The notes under the pieces are model-generated. The model ran no database searches. It saw nothing but the letters and a program-made list of their open reading frames with translations, and was not told the DNA's origin. The translations under genes were made by a program, and so were the position numbers. 52,687 nucleotides of DNA, from contig JAUZRK010000018.1 in NCBI GenBank assembly GCA_030950485.1, forward strand, positions 1-52,687, written 5' to 3'. Of this stretch, positions 9,101 through 18,278 are shown piece by piece (the first letter of the stretch is position 1; each line of letters opens with the position of its first letter). The DNA comes from Candidatus Dojkabacteria bacterium (lineage in GTDB: Bacteria > Patescibacteriota > Dojkabacteria > J137).

Positions 9101-9320
9101 GAACTTGAGTTTTTTATTAAGCCTTTAATTAACTTATGGACTGAGATGGCTAAAGCATATGATTTTTTATAATCATCATCTGAAATATATTTTAAGTCTT
9201 TAGCTATGATCAATTGGTTTTTTATCTCACTTAACGATCCAGATGCTATATAGTAAAATCTAGTTTTTTCTTTATATGTAAATCTACCAAATCCTTCAGC
9301 AATATTTGATGTTACTAAAA
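9097..9320 (-). pseudogene. 5'-truncated four-helix-bundle protein gene (23S rRNA intervening-sequence protein family)
   Basis: The minus-strand frame reads LVTSNIAEGFGRFTYKEKTRFYYIASGSLSEIKNQLIIAKDLKYISDDDYKKSYALAISVHKLIKGLIKNSSS*. It carries the family hallmarks NIAEGxGR and IAxGSxxE. There is no start codon and the first 45 or so residues are missing. Confidence 0.75.
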
Positions 9321-9627
9321 GAAAAAGCCCATCCTCTAATCTCTCTTTATTAAAAGATCAAAGGACGGGCTTTGCCGTGTTACCACCTTAATTCCTATAT
9401 CTATTGCTAAATATAGCTTAGTTCCCAATTGTTTGGGTTCAATTTACAGTTTTCTTCTGTAGTGCTTAGTAAAATGTATTAATCTCGATGAGAAATTACA
9501 TTAGCTCACACTCAGCTCCAGAGTAGCAATATATTTTTAATTTAATGCTGTTTTACAACTTAAGCACAGCTCTCTTTATTAAATTACTAAAAATATATAT
9601 TCTCCTTCTTAGCTTTTTTTGAATTGT
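9321..9627 (-). promoter_or_regulatory. T-box riboswitch leader upstream of alaS
   Basis: On the minus strand, AATTAAGGTGGTAACACGG (plus 9375-9393) matches the T-box motif AAnnnGGGTGGTACCGCG. It overlaps the 5' arm of the terminator AAAGCCCGTCC(9363-9373)...GGATGGGCTTT(9324-9334), which is followed by TTCTTTT. An AGAGAG element lies near the 5' end. A candidate Ala specifier GCU-A is at 9502-9505. Confidence 0.8.
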
Positions 9628-9633
9628 AGGTTA

Positions 9634-9662
9634 ATTTTAGTGTATAACTGTAGATTCGTCAA
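9634..9662 (-). promoter_or_regulatory. Sigma-70-type promoter for the T-box/alaS transcript
   Basis: On the minus strand: TTGACG (9657-9662), a 17-nt spacer, then TAAAAT (9634-9639). Confidence 0.5.
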
Positions 9663-9667
9663 TTATT

Positions 9668-9778
9668 GTACAGCGTAGTGGTCGTCAGATATGCAACCAC
9701 GTTGACTGGATGTAAAGCAGAGTGTGAAGTTAAACACCCAGGACGCATGTCTGTATTGCTACGCGGTGATGTTTAGTC
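9668..9778 (+). repeat. GC-rich structured intergenic repeat (family 1), copy E
   Basis: cagcgtagtggtcgtcagatatgcaaccac ... caggacgcatgtctgtattgctacgcggtgatgtttagtc. Same outer stem and hairpins as copy C, with the D'-type middle module. Confidence 0.8.
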
Positions 9779-9780
9779 AA

Positions 9781-10473
9781 TTAAAACATTGACTGTACTC
9801 TACTTAAAAGACCTTTTCTTTTCTCATCAATTTCTCTATTTTCTGTTGTAAAATTGTGGATTATAAATGCAGCGATGATTGCAAAACCACACATTACTGA
9901 TGCTATAAAACTCCCTTTTGTTCCTAAGAAAAGAAGAACAAAAACTGACGTAGGAAAAAAAGATGCGTAAGCTAGCAACGTTCTATTTAACTCTTTCTTT
10001 TCTATTTCATCTGTACTTTTGAAAAATTTATATGCAACGATAACCATAGTAGCTGAAAGAGTTGCAGGATAATAATACATCCATGTCCTAAAGACAGTAC
10101 TATAAGAATCAGAATAACCAACTATTTTTGCAAAACAGTTTACTGTATCTGCAGCTGAGATTGAGTCAGGAATTAAAATGAATGCTGATGATAGGGCGAT
10201 CGCATAGATTCCTACAAATTTTGAAAGATAACTTCTCTTAGTAATGCTTTCAACAAGCCATAAACCTAAAGGAGGTAAAAGTGTTGTTGCAGCAAAAGCT
10301 ACTCTTAATGACCATAAGTTTTTTTCCGGATTTAAGAAAAAGATAAACTCGCTAAAAAGAAAAGAATTCCCGTAGCTGGTTTTTTATATCTAAGTCCTTT
10401 TGTCCAGATTTTATATGCGAGAAAATATTCTACTAATGCAGTTATTAATGATCTTAAAATTAGGATTTCCATA
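9781..10473 (-). pseudogene. Polytopic membrane protein gene split by a frameshift
   Basis: An ATG at 10473 opens MEILILRSLITALVEYFLAYKIWTKGLRYKKPATGILFFLASLSFS*. A second frame (..FFLNPEKNLWSLRVAFAATTLLPPLGLWLVES...TVFRTW) runs without a start codon straight into the 99-aa ORF 9781..10080. The switch lies near the A5/T5 run at 10337-10341. Confidence 0.65.
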
Positions 10474-10481
10474 GGTTGATA

Positions 10482-11105
10482 CTAATTATTCAATTTTTTA
10501 CGTTTATATGAATATACTCTATAACTTATGAAAAGTAATCCGATTATAAGAGTCAGTAGCATTACAACATTGCTATACTTATCTACAGTATCTATAAATC
10601 CTTTCCATTTATTACCTAATTTTGAAGTTACTCCTATTATAAAAGAAGTCCAAACAGCTGCTCCTAGAAAAGAATATAAACAAACAGCAAAGACATTTTT
10701 CTTTAATAAACCAGCAGGAATTGTTACTAGGCTTCTAACTCCTGGAATCATTTGTGAGAAAAAGATTACTACATTCCCATATTTTTTAACCCAAACTTCT
10801 CCCTTATCTAATTTTTCTTGAGTTACAAATAACCTATCTCCATATCTATTTATAAACGGTCTACCTCCAATTCTTGCAACTAAGTACATAAATAGAGTTC
10901 CAGCTGCATTTCCAAGACTTGCAGCAAGAACTGCTAGCCCAAAATTCATATTCCCTTGATAAACAAGTAATCCAATTGAACCTAATATTACTTCTGAAGG
11001 AATTGGTGGGAAAACTCCTGATTCTAAAAACATAATTAGAAACACTCCAAAATATCCAAGTGAATCAATAAGACCTAATAAATCATTAGCCAGACTAGAA
11101 AACAT
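10482..11105 (-). CDS. dedA: DedA/VTT-domain membrane protein
   Basis: 207 aa, multi-TM, with GVFPPIPSEVILGSIG and MIPGVRSLVTIPAGLL, which are typical DedA family motifs. Confidence 0.75.
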   Translation of the reverse strand: MFSSLANDLLGLIDSLGYFGVFLIMFLESGVFPPIPSEVILGSIGLLVYQGNMNFGLAVLAASLGNAAGTLFMYLVARIGGRPFINRYGDRLFVTQEKLDKGEVWVKKYGNVVIFFSQMIPGVRSLVTIPAGLLKKNVFAVCLYSFLGAAVWTSFIIGVTSKLGNKWKGFIDTVDKYSNVVMLLTLIIGLLFISYRVYSYKRKKLNN

Positions 11106-11107
11106 TT

Positions 11108-13696
11108 TTATTTATTAATTTGTAATTTAAGTTCTTTCTCACTACTAAGTAGTATATCAACAATTTTATGAATTACTATAAAGCCTAAGACGAATAAAAT
11201 GTCTACTAAGAAAATGATCCAATAATATTTTATATCGAAAGGATCAGTTTGATAATAAGACCTGCTTGGAAAAATCAGTGCTAATACTACTAGTAGAGCC
11301 GGTATTAATACTGTAAATCTTTCAAACTTCCCTTCTAATTGGAGTTTCTTTAACCAAATATAGATAAAAATCGCCGTTACTATAGGCAATACAAATAAGA
11401 ATATAGCCATTTTAGGCTTATCTAAATATAGGTAGAATGGCATTGTACCTTGAAAGTATCCAAATATAGTTCCGAAGAAAAATAATGCAACCATGCTAAC
11501 TTTACTAGTAAGCTTCTTTGAATAATATGAAATACCGAAAGAGTAAATTAATGTCAGTGTTAGAAGTACATTTATTAGAAAAGTACTCTGTTCACCATAT
11601 GAAATTCCTTCAGTCTTTATTAAAATATAAGCTAAAAGCGATAGTAGACCCATTAGTATTCCACTAAGCCCTCCCGATAAGATTGTTTCTGAAACATAGT
11701 TTCTTTGATCAGTTACATTTTGTCTAGAAAATGAAATCGAATAACTTGGGAAAGTCGTACCGATAAAACTAAATAAAAGAACGGAGGTTGGATGAATGGG
11801 TAAAATTTCACCTTGAGCTGAAAAGAATGCTACTAAGACTAACATTAATATAGCTCTAGAAAAATAGATCATCGTATTTAATTTCAAATTAAATACAAGA
11901 TTATCTCCTTCGTAAAAAATTTCAGGAATTTTCTTATAATCATTATCAAGTAATACAATATCAGAAACATCTTTTGCAATTCTTGCACCGCTTTGCATCG
12001 AAATACTAACAGTTGCTGATTTCATTCCTAATACATCATTTATCCCGTCCCCAACCATAGCTACTCTCTTTCCTGGCTTTTTAATACTTTCTACAATAGC
12101 GTATTTATCTTCAGGAGTTGCTCTTGTGAATATTGTAGTGCCTGAATTAACTAAATCTTGTATTGAGCTATTATTCTCTAATAGATCAACAGCGTTAGAA
12201 GTATCAATGCCGACCTCTCTTGATATTTTTTCAACAGAAGCTAAGCTATCTCCAGATATAACTTTTATTTCTATTCCTTGCGAATAAAGTTGTTTGATTA
12301 CTTTTTTTATTCCAGGGTTTAATTTTTCTTTTATTCCAAATACTGCGACTTTTTCTGATTTAGCCTTTGTCTCAAATCCTTCTTTTAGACGATTGAATTC
12401 ATCTTCTTTATCAAACATTACAGCGATCAAAACTCTAAGCCCTTTTTTCTCCAATTTTTTAACTTCTTTAACAACTTCTGAACTATAAATTGATTCATCT
12501 ACTGATTTAACTAATCTAGAACCTGCTCCAATAACTACAGTTTTGTCTACTTTTTCACCAATATAAAAGGCACTGAATTTATTCTTCGAAGTAAATGGAA
12601 TTTGTTTTATATCATCTTCAGTTATATCTTCTAAATTCTCATAATTTATAAAAAATTCCTCAAGCGATTCACTAGTTTTATTACGACCCTGAATGTAACT
12701 GCTAACAGCTTTATATAGCTTACCAAGTTCATTTAAATCTAAATTAAAAGTCGTAGCATTTTCTACGGTCATTTTATTTGTAGTTATAGTACCTGTTTTA
12801 TCTATACATAAAACATCAACTCCTGCTAAATCGTCTACTGCTCCTCTCTTTTGAATTAAAACCCCTCTGTTAGATAGTTTAGTAATTGAAATTACAAAAC
12901 TTAAAGATATTAAAAATATTAATGTTTGGGGTATTACAACAGTAACAATTGCAGTTACACTTTTTAGAATTTCCGGATTAGAATATCCTGAGTCTTTTGT
13001 AAGAAAATAATGGATTAATGCGCTTAAAATACTTGTAGTAACAAAGAATACTATGAATTTCTCTCCTAAGCTTTCTAATTTACTTTTATTCTTTTTATAA
13101 CTAGTACTTTGTTCTCCAAGTTGGTTTAAATAATTATCTTTACCGACTTTATCAACTTGATATACTACCTCTCCAGTAATTATATAACTTCCAGATAAGA
13201 CATTATCACCTAAACCTCTTTCTATATAATGAGACTCTCCAGTTAAAGCTGATTCATCAAGTTGAAGGTATTTAGAATAAATTATTTTTCCATCAGTAAT
13301 AATTCCGTCACCTTCAGAGCCTAAAATATAATCACCTTTTACTATTTCATCAACAGAAATTTCTTCTACTTCATTATCTCGTATTACTCTGGCTGTTTTT
13401 TTAAATTCTTCAAGAAGTGACTCAAGTCTTCGCTTAATTCGAATTTCTTCATTCGAGTTTATTACTGCAGTTAAGACTATATATATACCAAAAATTGAAG
13501 TTTCAGCATAAAGTTTAAAGTACCCTAAAAGTAAAACTAAAGGGATTAAAACAATATTAACCGGACTTAAAATATTTCTCTTTATAATTGTTAGGTAAGT
13601 CGCTGAGTAACTATCTATTCTTTTATTACTTAAGCCTATCGATTTTCGTCTTGAGGCTTCTTCCCTAGATAATCCTTTTATATCGTTAAACTTCAT
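11108..13696 (-). CDS. P-type cation-transporting ATPase (divergent subtype)
   Basis: TGES (LTGESHYIE), DKTGTITTNKM, VISGDSLASV and GDGINDVLGM. The TM4 motif is IPQTL instead of PEGL. 862 aa with an extended hydrophobic C-terminus. Confidence 0.88.
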   Translation of the reverse strand: MKFNDIKGLSREEASRRKSIGLSNKRIDSYSATYLTIIKRNILSPVNIVLIPLVLLLGYFKLYAETSIFGIYIVLTAVINSNEEIRIKRRLESLLEEFKKTARVIRDNEVEEISVDEIVKGDYILGSEGDGIITDGKIIYSKYLQLDESALTGESHYIERGLGDNVLSGSYIITGEVVYQVDKVGKDNYLNQLGEQSTSYKKNKSKLESLGEKFIVFFVTTSILSALIHYFLTKDSGYSNPEILKSVTAIVTVVIPQTLIFLISLSFVISITKLSNRGVLIQKRGAVDDLAGVDVLCIDKTGTITTNKMTVENATTFNLDLNELGKLYKAVSSYIQGRNKTSESLEEFFINYENLEDITEDDIKQIPFTSKNKFSAFYIGEKVDKTVVIGAGSRLVKSVDESIYSSEVVKEVKKLEKKGLRVLIAVMFDKEDEFNRLKEGFETKAKSEKVAVFGIKEKLNPGIKKVIKQLYSQGIEIKVISGDSLASVEKISREVGIDTSNAVDLLENNSSIQDLVNSGTTIFTRATPEDKYAIVESIKKPGKRVAMVGDGINDVLGMKSATVSISMQSGARIAKDVSDIVLLDNDYKKIPEIFYEGDNLVFNLKLNTMIYFSRAILMLVLVAFFSAQGEILPIHPTSVLLFSFIGTTFPSYSISFSRQNVTDQRNYVSETILSGGLSGILMGLLSLLAYILIKTEGISYGEQSTFLINVLLTLTLIYSFGISYYSKKLTSKVSMVALFFFGTIFGYFQGTMPFYLYLDKPKMAIFLFVLPIVTAIFIYIWLKKLQLEGKFERFTVLIPALLVVLALIFPSRSYYQTDPFDIKYYWIIFLVDILFVLGFIVIHKIVDILLSSEKELKLQINK

Positions 13697-13758
13697 CTAT
13701 AAGTTAATTAGCATTTTATAATACCACTAGAATAGAATTTAATGAAGAATGGTAGAAC

Positions 13759-14574
13759 TTAGTCACCTCTGTTTTGCCAATTAGTATAATTATCCAGTGC
13801 AACCATAGCACAGCTTAATTCATCATCTCTAGTAACAGTTACATAGTCGATAGTTACATTAAGATCTGCCTGGTTACCAGTAACTACTGTATAAACAAGT
13901 TTAGGTCCAAATAAAGTCACATCAATTACGACATTAGCAGCTCCTTCAGCAGCTTCTTCTCCAAGATTTACAACAATTTTTTGACAACCTTCATTTGTGA
14001 TTGATTCTCCTGCAGTTTCTATAAGAAAGCTAGCAGCTCCGATAGGATCTTCTCTAATCTCATTTACTACGGACATTAATGAAGCCATAAACATTAAAGG
14101 AATTAAGCACGAAGCTACACTTAATCCTAATATTAATTTCTTTTGTTTAATCGCTATTTGAGCTGCAGTTATTGGTATTCTTAATTGAGGTATTGCTTTA
14201 AGGAAATTTAATATTTCGGGATGTTGCAATATTAGCTTTATAGCTTTTACTTTATTTATTGGATTCGAGCTTAAAAGTAGGGGTAGTGCTTCTGTTATAA
14301 CCTTTAGCTGAGAAGGGTCCATTTTTTCGACTCCTGCAGCTTTAAATCCTGCTTGTATTGCACTTTGGGGTATAACTCCACCTAGCTTACTACTTAATAC
14401 TTTAGATAGTTCGGCTGTTTGGTCTACTTCCTCTGAAGCTTGTGCCTGGCTAAGTGCTTGTACTAGCGCTCTGTTTGAATTTACCCAGTTAAAGTATTGC
14501 TGCTCTGGGGTAAGTCTTTGCACTCTTGTTCTTGGTGCTGGTTTTGCGTAATTTCTAGGTGCTGCTGCGTCCAT
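13759..14574 (-). CDS. Hypothetical protein with one central TM segment (last gene of the envelope block)
   Basis: 271 aa with an ATG start. Ala/Gln-rich N-terminus, hydrophobic segment LILGLSVASCLIPLMFMASLMSVV, and a C-terminal beta-rich region. No recognised motif. Confidence 0.5.
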   Translation of the reverse strand: MDAAAPRNYAKPAPRTRVQRLTPEQQYFNWVNSNRALVQALSQAQASEEVDQTAELSKVLSSKLGGVIPQSAIQAGFKAAGVEKMDPSQLKVITEALPLLLSSNPINKVKAIKLILQHPEILNFLKAIPQLRIPITAAQIAIKQKKLILGLSVASCLIPLMFMASLMSVVNEIREDPIGAASFLIETAGESITNEGCQKIVVNLGEEAAEGAANVVIDVTLFGPKLVYTVVTGNQADLNVTIDYVTVTRDDELSCAMVALDNYTNWQNRGD

Positions 14575-14613
14575 ATTTACATGATAATACTTTGGGAGAT
14601 GGAAGACAATTTA

Positions 14614-14829
14614 TTAGATGATTCCTAGCTTTTTCTTTATTTTTTCGATAGTATCATTTATCGCTCTAGTATCTCTATTAATATCTTGTCTATTAAATGT
14701 CTTAGAGATTTGTTGTAACCTATCTAGGGCACGCCTTAGAATATTTCTATTTCCGCTATCTACTTCAACCATTGACGTTATTTGTTCTGCTTGGTTGACT
14801 AGAAAATACTGATTGCTCCTGCATTTCAT
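14614..14829 (-). CDS. Arg/Asn/Asp-rich segment, probably the displaced C-terminus of the giant charged protein
   Basis: 71 aa with the same composition as 15344..18130. It overlaps, in a shifted frame, the end of the start-less open frame 14768-15115. Ends in a tandem TAA TAA. Confidence 0.4.
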   Translation of the reverse strand: MKCRSNQYFLVNQAEQITSMVEVDSGNRNILRRALDRLQQISKTFNRQDINRDTRAINDTIEKIKKKLGII

Positions 14830-15115
14830 TTAAAGCTAATTCATGGTCTAAAGGCTCCCCTAATAATGGAGCTTCTTGACCTTGTAAATTTAATCTCCTT
14901 CTATTTTCAGAGAGAATATCGTCTTGTAGTTGTCGTAATCTTTTCTCACCTAATCTTGTGCCTCGAGAATCGTTGTCTCTAGTATTTCTGACTGAATTTA
15001 TTCTGTCCCTAATATCTCCTAATTGACGTATTGTGGCTCCTCGAATAATATCATTTCTTAACTGATTTAATTCATTAATATATCTTTCATTTTGATTAGC
15101 TCTGTCTTCAATATT

Positions 15116-15337
15116 TTAAAGCTGTTCTGCACCAAATCTATCACGCTCTAGCCCGTATTGTTCTCTCATATTATTTCTAGCTTCTCTTAACTCTCTCAAT
15201 CTCGGATCGTCAGCTCTGATTTGTAGATCTATGCTAGTATCAGCATTCTCTCCATTAACTAAATTTTCGCCATTACCTAATTGTCTTGCGTAAAGAGTAT
15301 CTGCTTCTGCTTTCACTTCTTCTATTTCTTGAAACAT
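15116..15337 (-). CDS. Charged segment in frame with the giant protein (between two in-frame TAA codons)
   Basis: The ATG lies 2 codons after the TAA at 15344-15346, in the same frame. The sequence (..DDPRLRELREARNNMREQYGLERDRFGAEQL) resembles the upstream protein. Confidence 0.45.
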   Translation of the reverse strand: MFQEIEEVKAEADTLYARQLGNGENLVNGENADTSIDLQIRADDPRLRELREARNNMREQYGLERDRFGAEQL

Positions 15338-15343
15338 TCTCTC

Positions 15344-18130
15344 TTATTCAGCAAGCTCCTTCTCTCTATTTCTAATGTTGGCGATAAGATCCATTATTAC
15401 CTGAGCTTCGGCATCTGGTCTTTGCTCTAATTGAGTAATTATTCTTTTTAAAGACCTTCTTTGTTGGGCTATCTGTTCTCTTTCTCTATTCATTAAATTT
15501 ATATTGTCTTCAGATGTACCTGCTGCTGGATTTGTTCCAATCATTTCTCTAGATCTATTTATTCTATCTAGTAATGCAGCTGCAGACCTCTGATATCCTT
15601 CATTACCAATCCATCTAGGATTATTTTCATTGATTCTTCTGAAGTTTTCTCTCTCTATTCTAAGTATCAACTCTCTTTCTGCCTCCATTTCCTGATTATA
15701 TTGGTTTTCCCACCTTCTCTCTCTCTTATTAAGTTCATATCCATCTTCTCTATCTTTAACGGCAGGGAATTTAGCTTGAGCGTTTTCTCTTCTTGTTCTT
15801 ACCCTTTCATATAAGTTGACTAAATCATCTGTAGTTTCAACCACTGCGTTAATATCTAGCCCCATATAATTTTGAATAGCTTGTCTATAAACTGAATTAT
15901 CTATAGCTTTCTCTTTAAGGCTTTGATTCCTCTCTCTCAACGCTCTAATATCATCGTCCTCTTTAACTGTAATTTCATTTTGATTAAATTTCATAAGTAC
16001 TGCTCTTAATCTTACTTCATATTCGCTAAGTCTTTGCTCATTTCTTTTGATGACTCTTCCTTCACCTTCTAGTTCAAGCATAGCTAACTCGTCATCCTCA
16101 ATTCTCGTAGCTTTATTATTAGCCATATCTATATTAAGATAGGCTTGGTTTAAATTATTGACAACTTCATATCTCTCGTCTATTGTAAGTCTTACATTAT
16201 TCAGATCTCCTATAAGTTCTTGAATTATATTAGCTTCTCTATCTCTTCTCCTTAACAATCTCCATACAACTCCTTTCGCAGCTTCTGCTCTATCAGCTAA
16301 AGTATTTATCATTTCTCTAGTTCTTACTCGAATTGGATTTCCTATTGGAATATTATCGTCTGTCTCCTCAATAAAGTTTTCTGCTAGTGTGTCTTGTCCT
16401 TGATCAAGTATTTTAATATCGTCAATTACCTGTCTCTGTTCTTCGGGTGCTCCTGCCATTACTGCAGTAGTATATTCCCTCTTTCGTTCTACCTGATCTC
16501 CTTTTCTATAAGTGTAGATTCTATTATAATCTTCTCTAGTTAAGGCTTCACCTGCTAATATGATGCATTGGTTTGCTTTATCCCTTATCCTGGCCCACCG
16601 CCTTATATGATTTTGAATTGTTTTATCTTCTGAATCTGCAGCTAATTCCTCAAGATTTCTTTTAGCTGCTGGAAGCCTTTTGTCTCTCGCCTCGTCTCTT
16701 GCAGCTTTCATTTCCTCTGCTTCAGCTTCGTCTATTCTTTTATTTACATCTCTCTCATTAAGATTGTTAGCTGTTTGGTTGAATCGCTCGTTTGCAGTTG
16801 CTCTTCTTTCTAAGCTTATTCTTCTCGGCGTCAGCCCTGGAGAGTCTTCTGTATCATTTAATCTATTTCTACCTTGCTCATCATTTAAAAATCTTTCTGA
16901 TCTCTCCGTATTTGCTAGCACTGCTTCAGCGTCTCTAACATTATCAATAAATTCTGCTCCATTTTCTTCTGTCGTATCCCAGTATCTAGGATTATTCTCA
17001 TCTAAATCATTAAAACCTCTTTCTTCAGTAATCTCATCTCGTCTTGTTCTTCTATAATCTCTAACATGAGGTTCATTTAGTTCTAAAATTTCGAGACTTC
17101 GTCCATAAACTTCGTTCTGAATTTCTATCTCCTCGAAAACAACAATAGGAACGCTCCTTCCAGCGTTCACTTCTTCAGTTAAAGCTACTCTTTTCTGTTG
17201 ATTATTCTCAATTTTTTTTCTTATACCCTTAGCTGCTTCTGCCCTCCCTTTAACTGTGTCTCTTTCAGCAATTTTGGCTGCTTTTTGATAGGGAGCTAAT
17301 TCATTTCTAGCTGCTTGAAGCAATCTAAGATTACCAGCTGCGTCTCTTAAATTCTTTATTCTTTCTTCTTGACCAATTGGAATATTATTATCATCCATAG
17401 TTCTAGCTGCCTTTATCTGATCTATTTGAATTTCTAATGCATTTCCATAAACATTAGCTACATCAAACAATCTGCCGACAATGTCATCTCTAGTTTCAAT
17501 AGCCTCGACTAACATTGTAAACTTAGGATGATCCGTATCCATATAGTCCCCATCTTCAACAATAGCCTCTGTCATATTTTGTAGACTGGCAAGATCATTA
17601 AATACCTTTGCTAATTGGTTTAAACCAACATCAGCATAGTCTACAATATCGTTCGGATTATCTACATCTAGCTTTGCATTTTTCCCAAGCTGGAATATTT
17701 TTATTAGTTCTTCTATTTTTTTTCCTGAGGATAACTCAAAGCTCTTAAATCTAGTAGCAAATTCCTTCGGAGATAAAAGCAAAATCTGATCTAAGACAGC
17801 AGCTTCTGGAGTTTTTCGTTTAGCGCCAGCTCTATTAATTCTTCTAAACCTCTCAGGACTTAGTATAGAAGTTTCTCGTCTTGCATCTCTAATTTCTTTT
17901 CCATGTTCCAGCTGAAGATGTTTCTCCCATAATCTTCGTTCGTTTTTAGACATAGCATCCCCTACTATTTGAAGTTGTATATGTCGGTTAGCATTAGGCT
18001 GCAATGAAGGCTTTTCAAACCTTGTACTTAGTGGATCTCCTGTTTCTTTTATTATTAACTGCTTTTCTTGAGCCTCTGCCTCTAATGCTGCTGCTATTTG
18101 AGTATCCATTGTGGTTGCTGTATCAGCCAT
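15344..18130 (-). CDS. Giant hyper-charged Arg/Glu/Asn/Asp-rich repeat protein, function unknown
   Basis: 928 aa with no TM segment. Internal repeats: DDNIPIGQEERIKNLRDAAGN vs DDNIPIGNPIRVRTREMINTLAD, and ENNPRYWDTTEENG vs ENNPRWIGNEGYQ. Long predicted helical and coiled stretches. Confidence 0.7.
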   Translation of the reverse strand: MADTATTMDTQIAAALEAEAQEKQLIIKETGDPLSTRFEKPSLQPNANRHIQLQIVGDAMSKNERRLWEKHLQLEHGKEIRDARRETSILSPERFRRINRAGAKRKTPEAAVLDQILLLSPKEFATRFKSFELSSGKKIEELIKIFQLGKNAKLDVDNPNDIVDYADVGLNQLAKVFNDLASLQNMTEAIVEDGDYMDTDHPKFTMLVEAIETRDDIVGRLFDVANVYGNALEIQIDQIKAARTMDDNNIPIGQEERIKNLRDAAGNLRLLQAARNELAPYQKAAKIAERDTVKGRAEAAKGIRKKIENNQQKRVALTEEVNAGRSVPIVVFEEIEIQNEVYGRSLEILELNEPHVRDYRRTRRDEITEERGFNDLDENNPRYWDTTEENGAEFIDNVRDAEAVLANTERSERFLNDEQGRNRLNDTEDSPGLTPRRISLERRATANERFNQTANNLNERDVNKRIDEAEAEEMKAARDEARDKRLPAAKRNLEELAADSEDKTIQNHIRRWARIRDKANQCIILAGEALTREDYNRIYTYRKGDQVERKREYTTAVMAGAPEEQRQVIDDIKILDQGQDTLAENFIEETDDNIPIGNPIRVRTREMINTLADRAEAAKGVVWRLLRRRDREANIIQELIGDLNNVRLTIDERYEVVNNLNQAYLNIDMANNKATRIEDDELAMLELEGEGRVIKRNEQRLSEYEVRLRAVLMKFNQNEITVKEDDDIRALRERNQSLKEKAIDNSVYRQAIQNYMGLDINAVVETTDDLVNLYERVRTRRENAQAKFPAVKDREDGYELNKRERRWENQYNQEMEAERELILRIERENFRRINENNPRWIGNEGYQRSAAALLDRINRSREMIGTNPAAGTSEDNINLMNREREQIAQQRRSLKRIITQLEQRPDAEAQVIMDLIANIRNREKELAE

Positions 18131-18278
18131 ATCTTAATTATTTTAATTCCATTATATATGAATTAGAGAGAAGTTTGTTTGTGTTTTGTTGAATAGAATT
18201 TTAGAGCGTTTCTTATGCTTTGTCTTTTCTTATCTGAGTTAAGTCATTCCACCCTAAGTTAGGTAGAATGACTTTTTT

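Noticed and set aside
1-9778. Family-1 repeats as integron attC sites bounding gene cassettes
   Set aside because: The flanking genes are housekeeping and lie in both orientations. There is no intI integrase or attI. No GTTRRRY core sites are evident.
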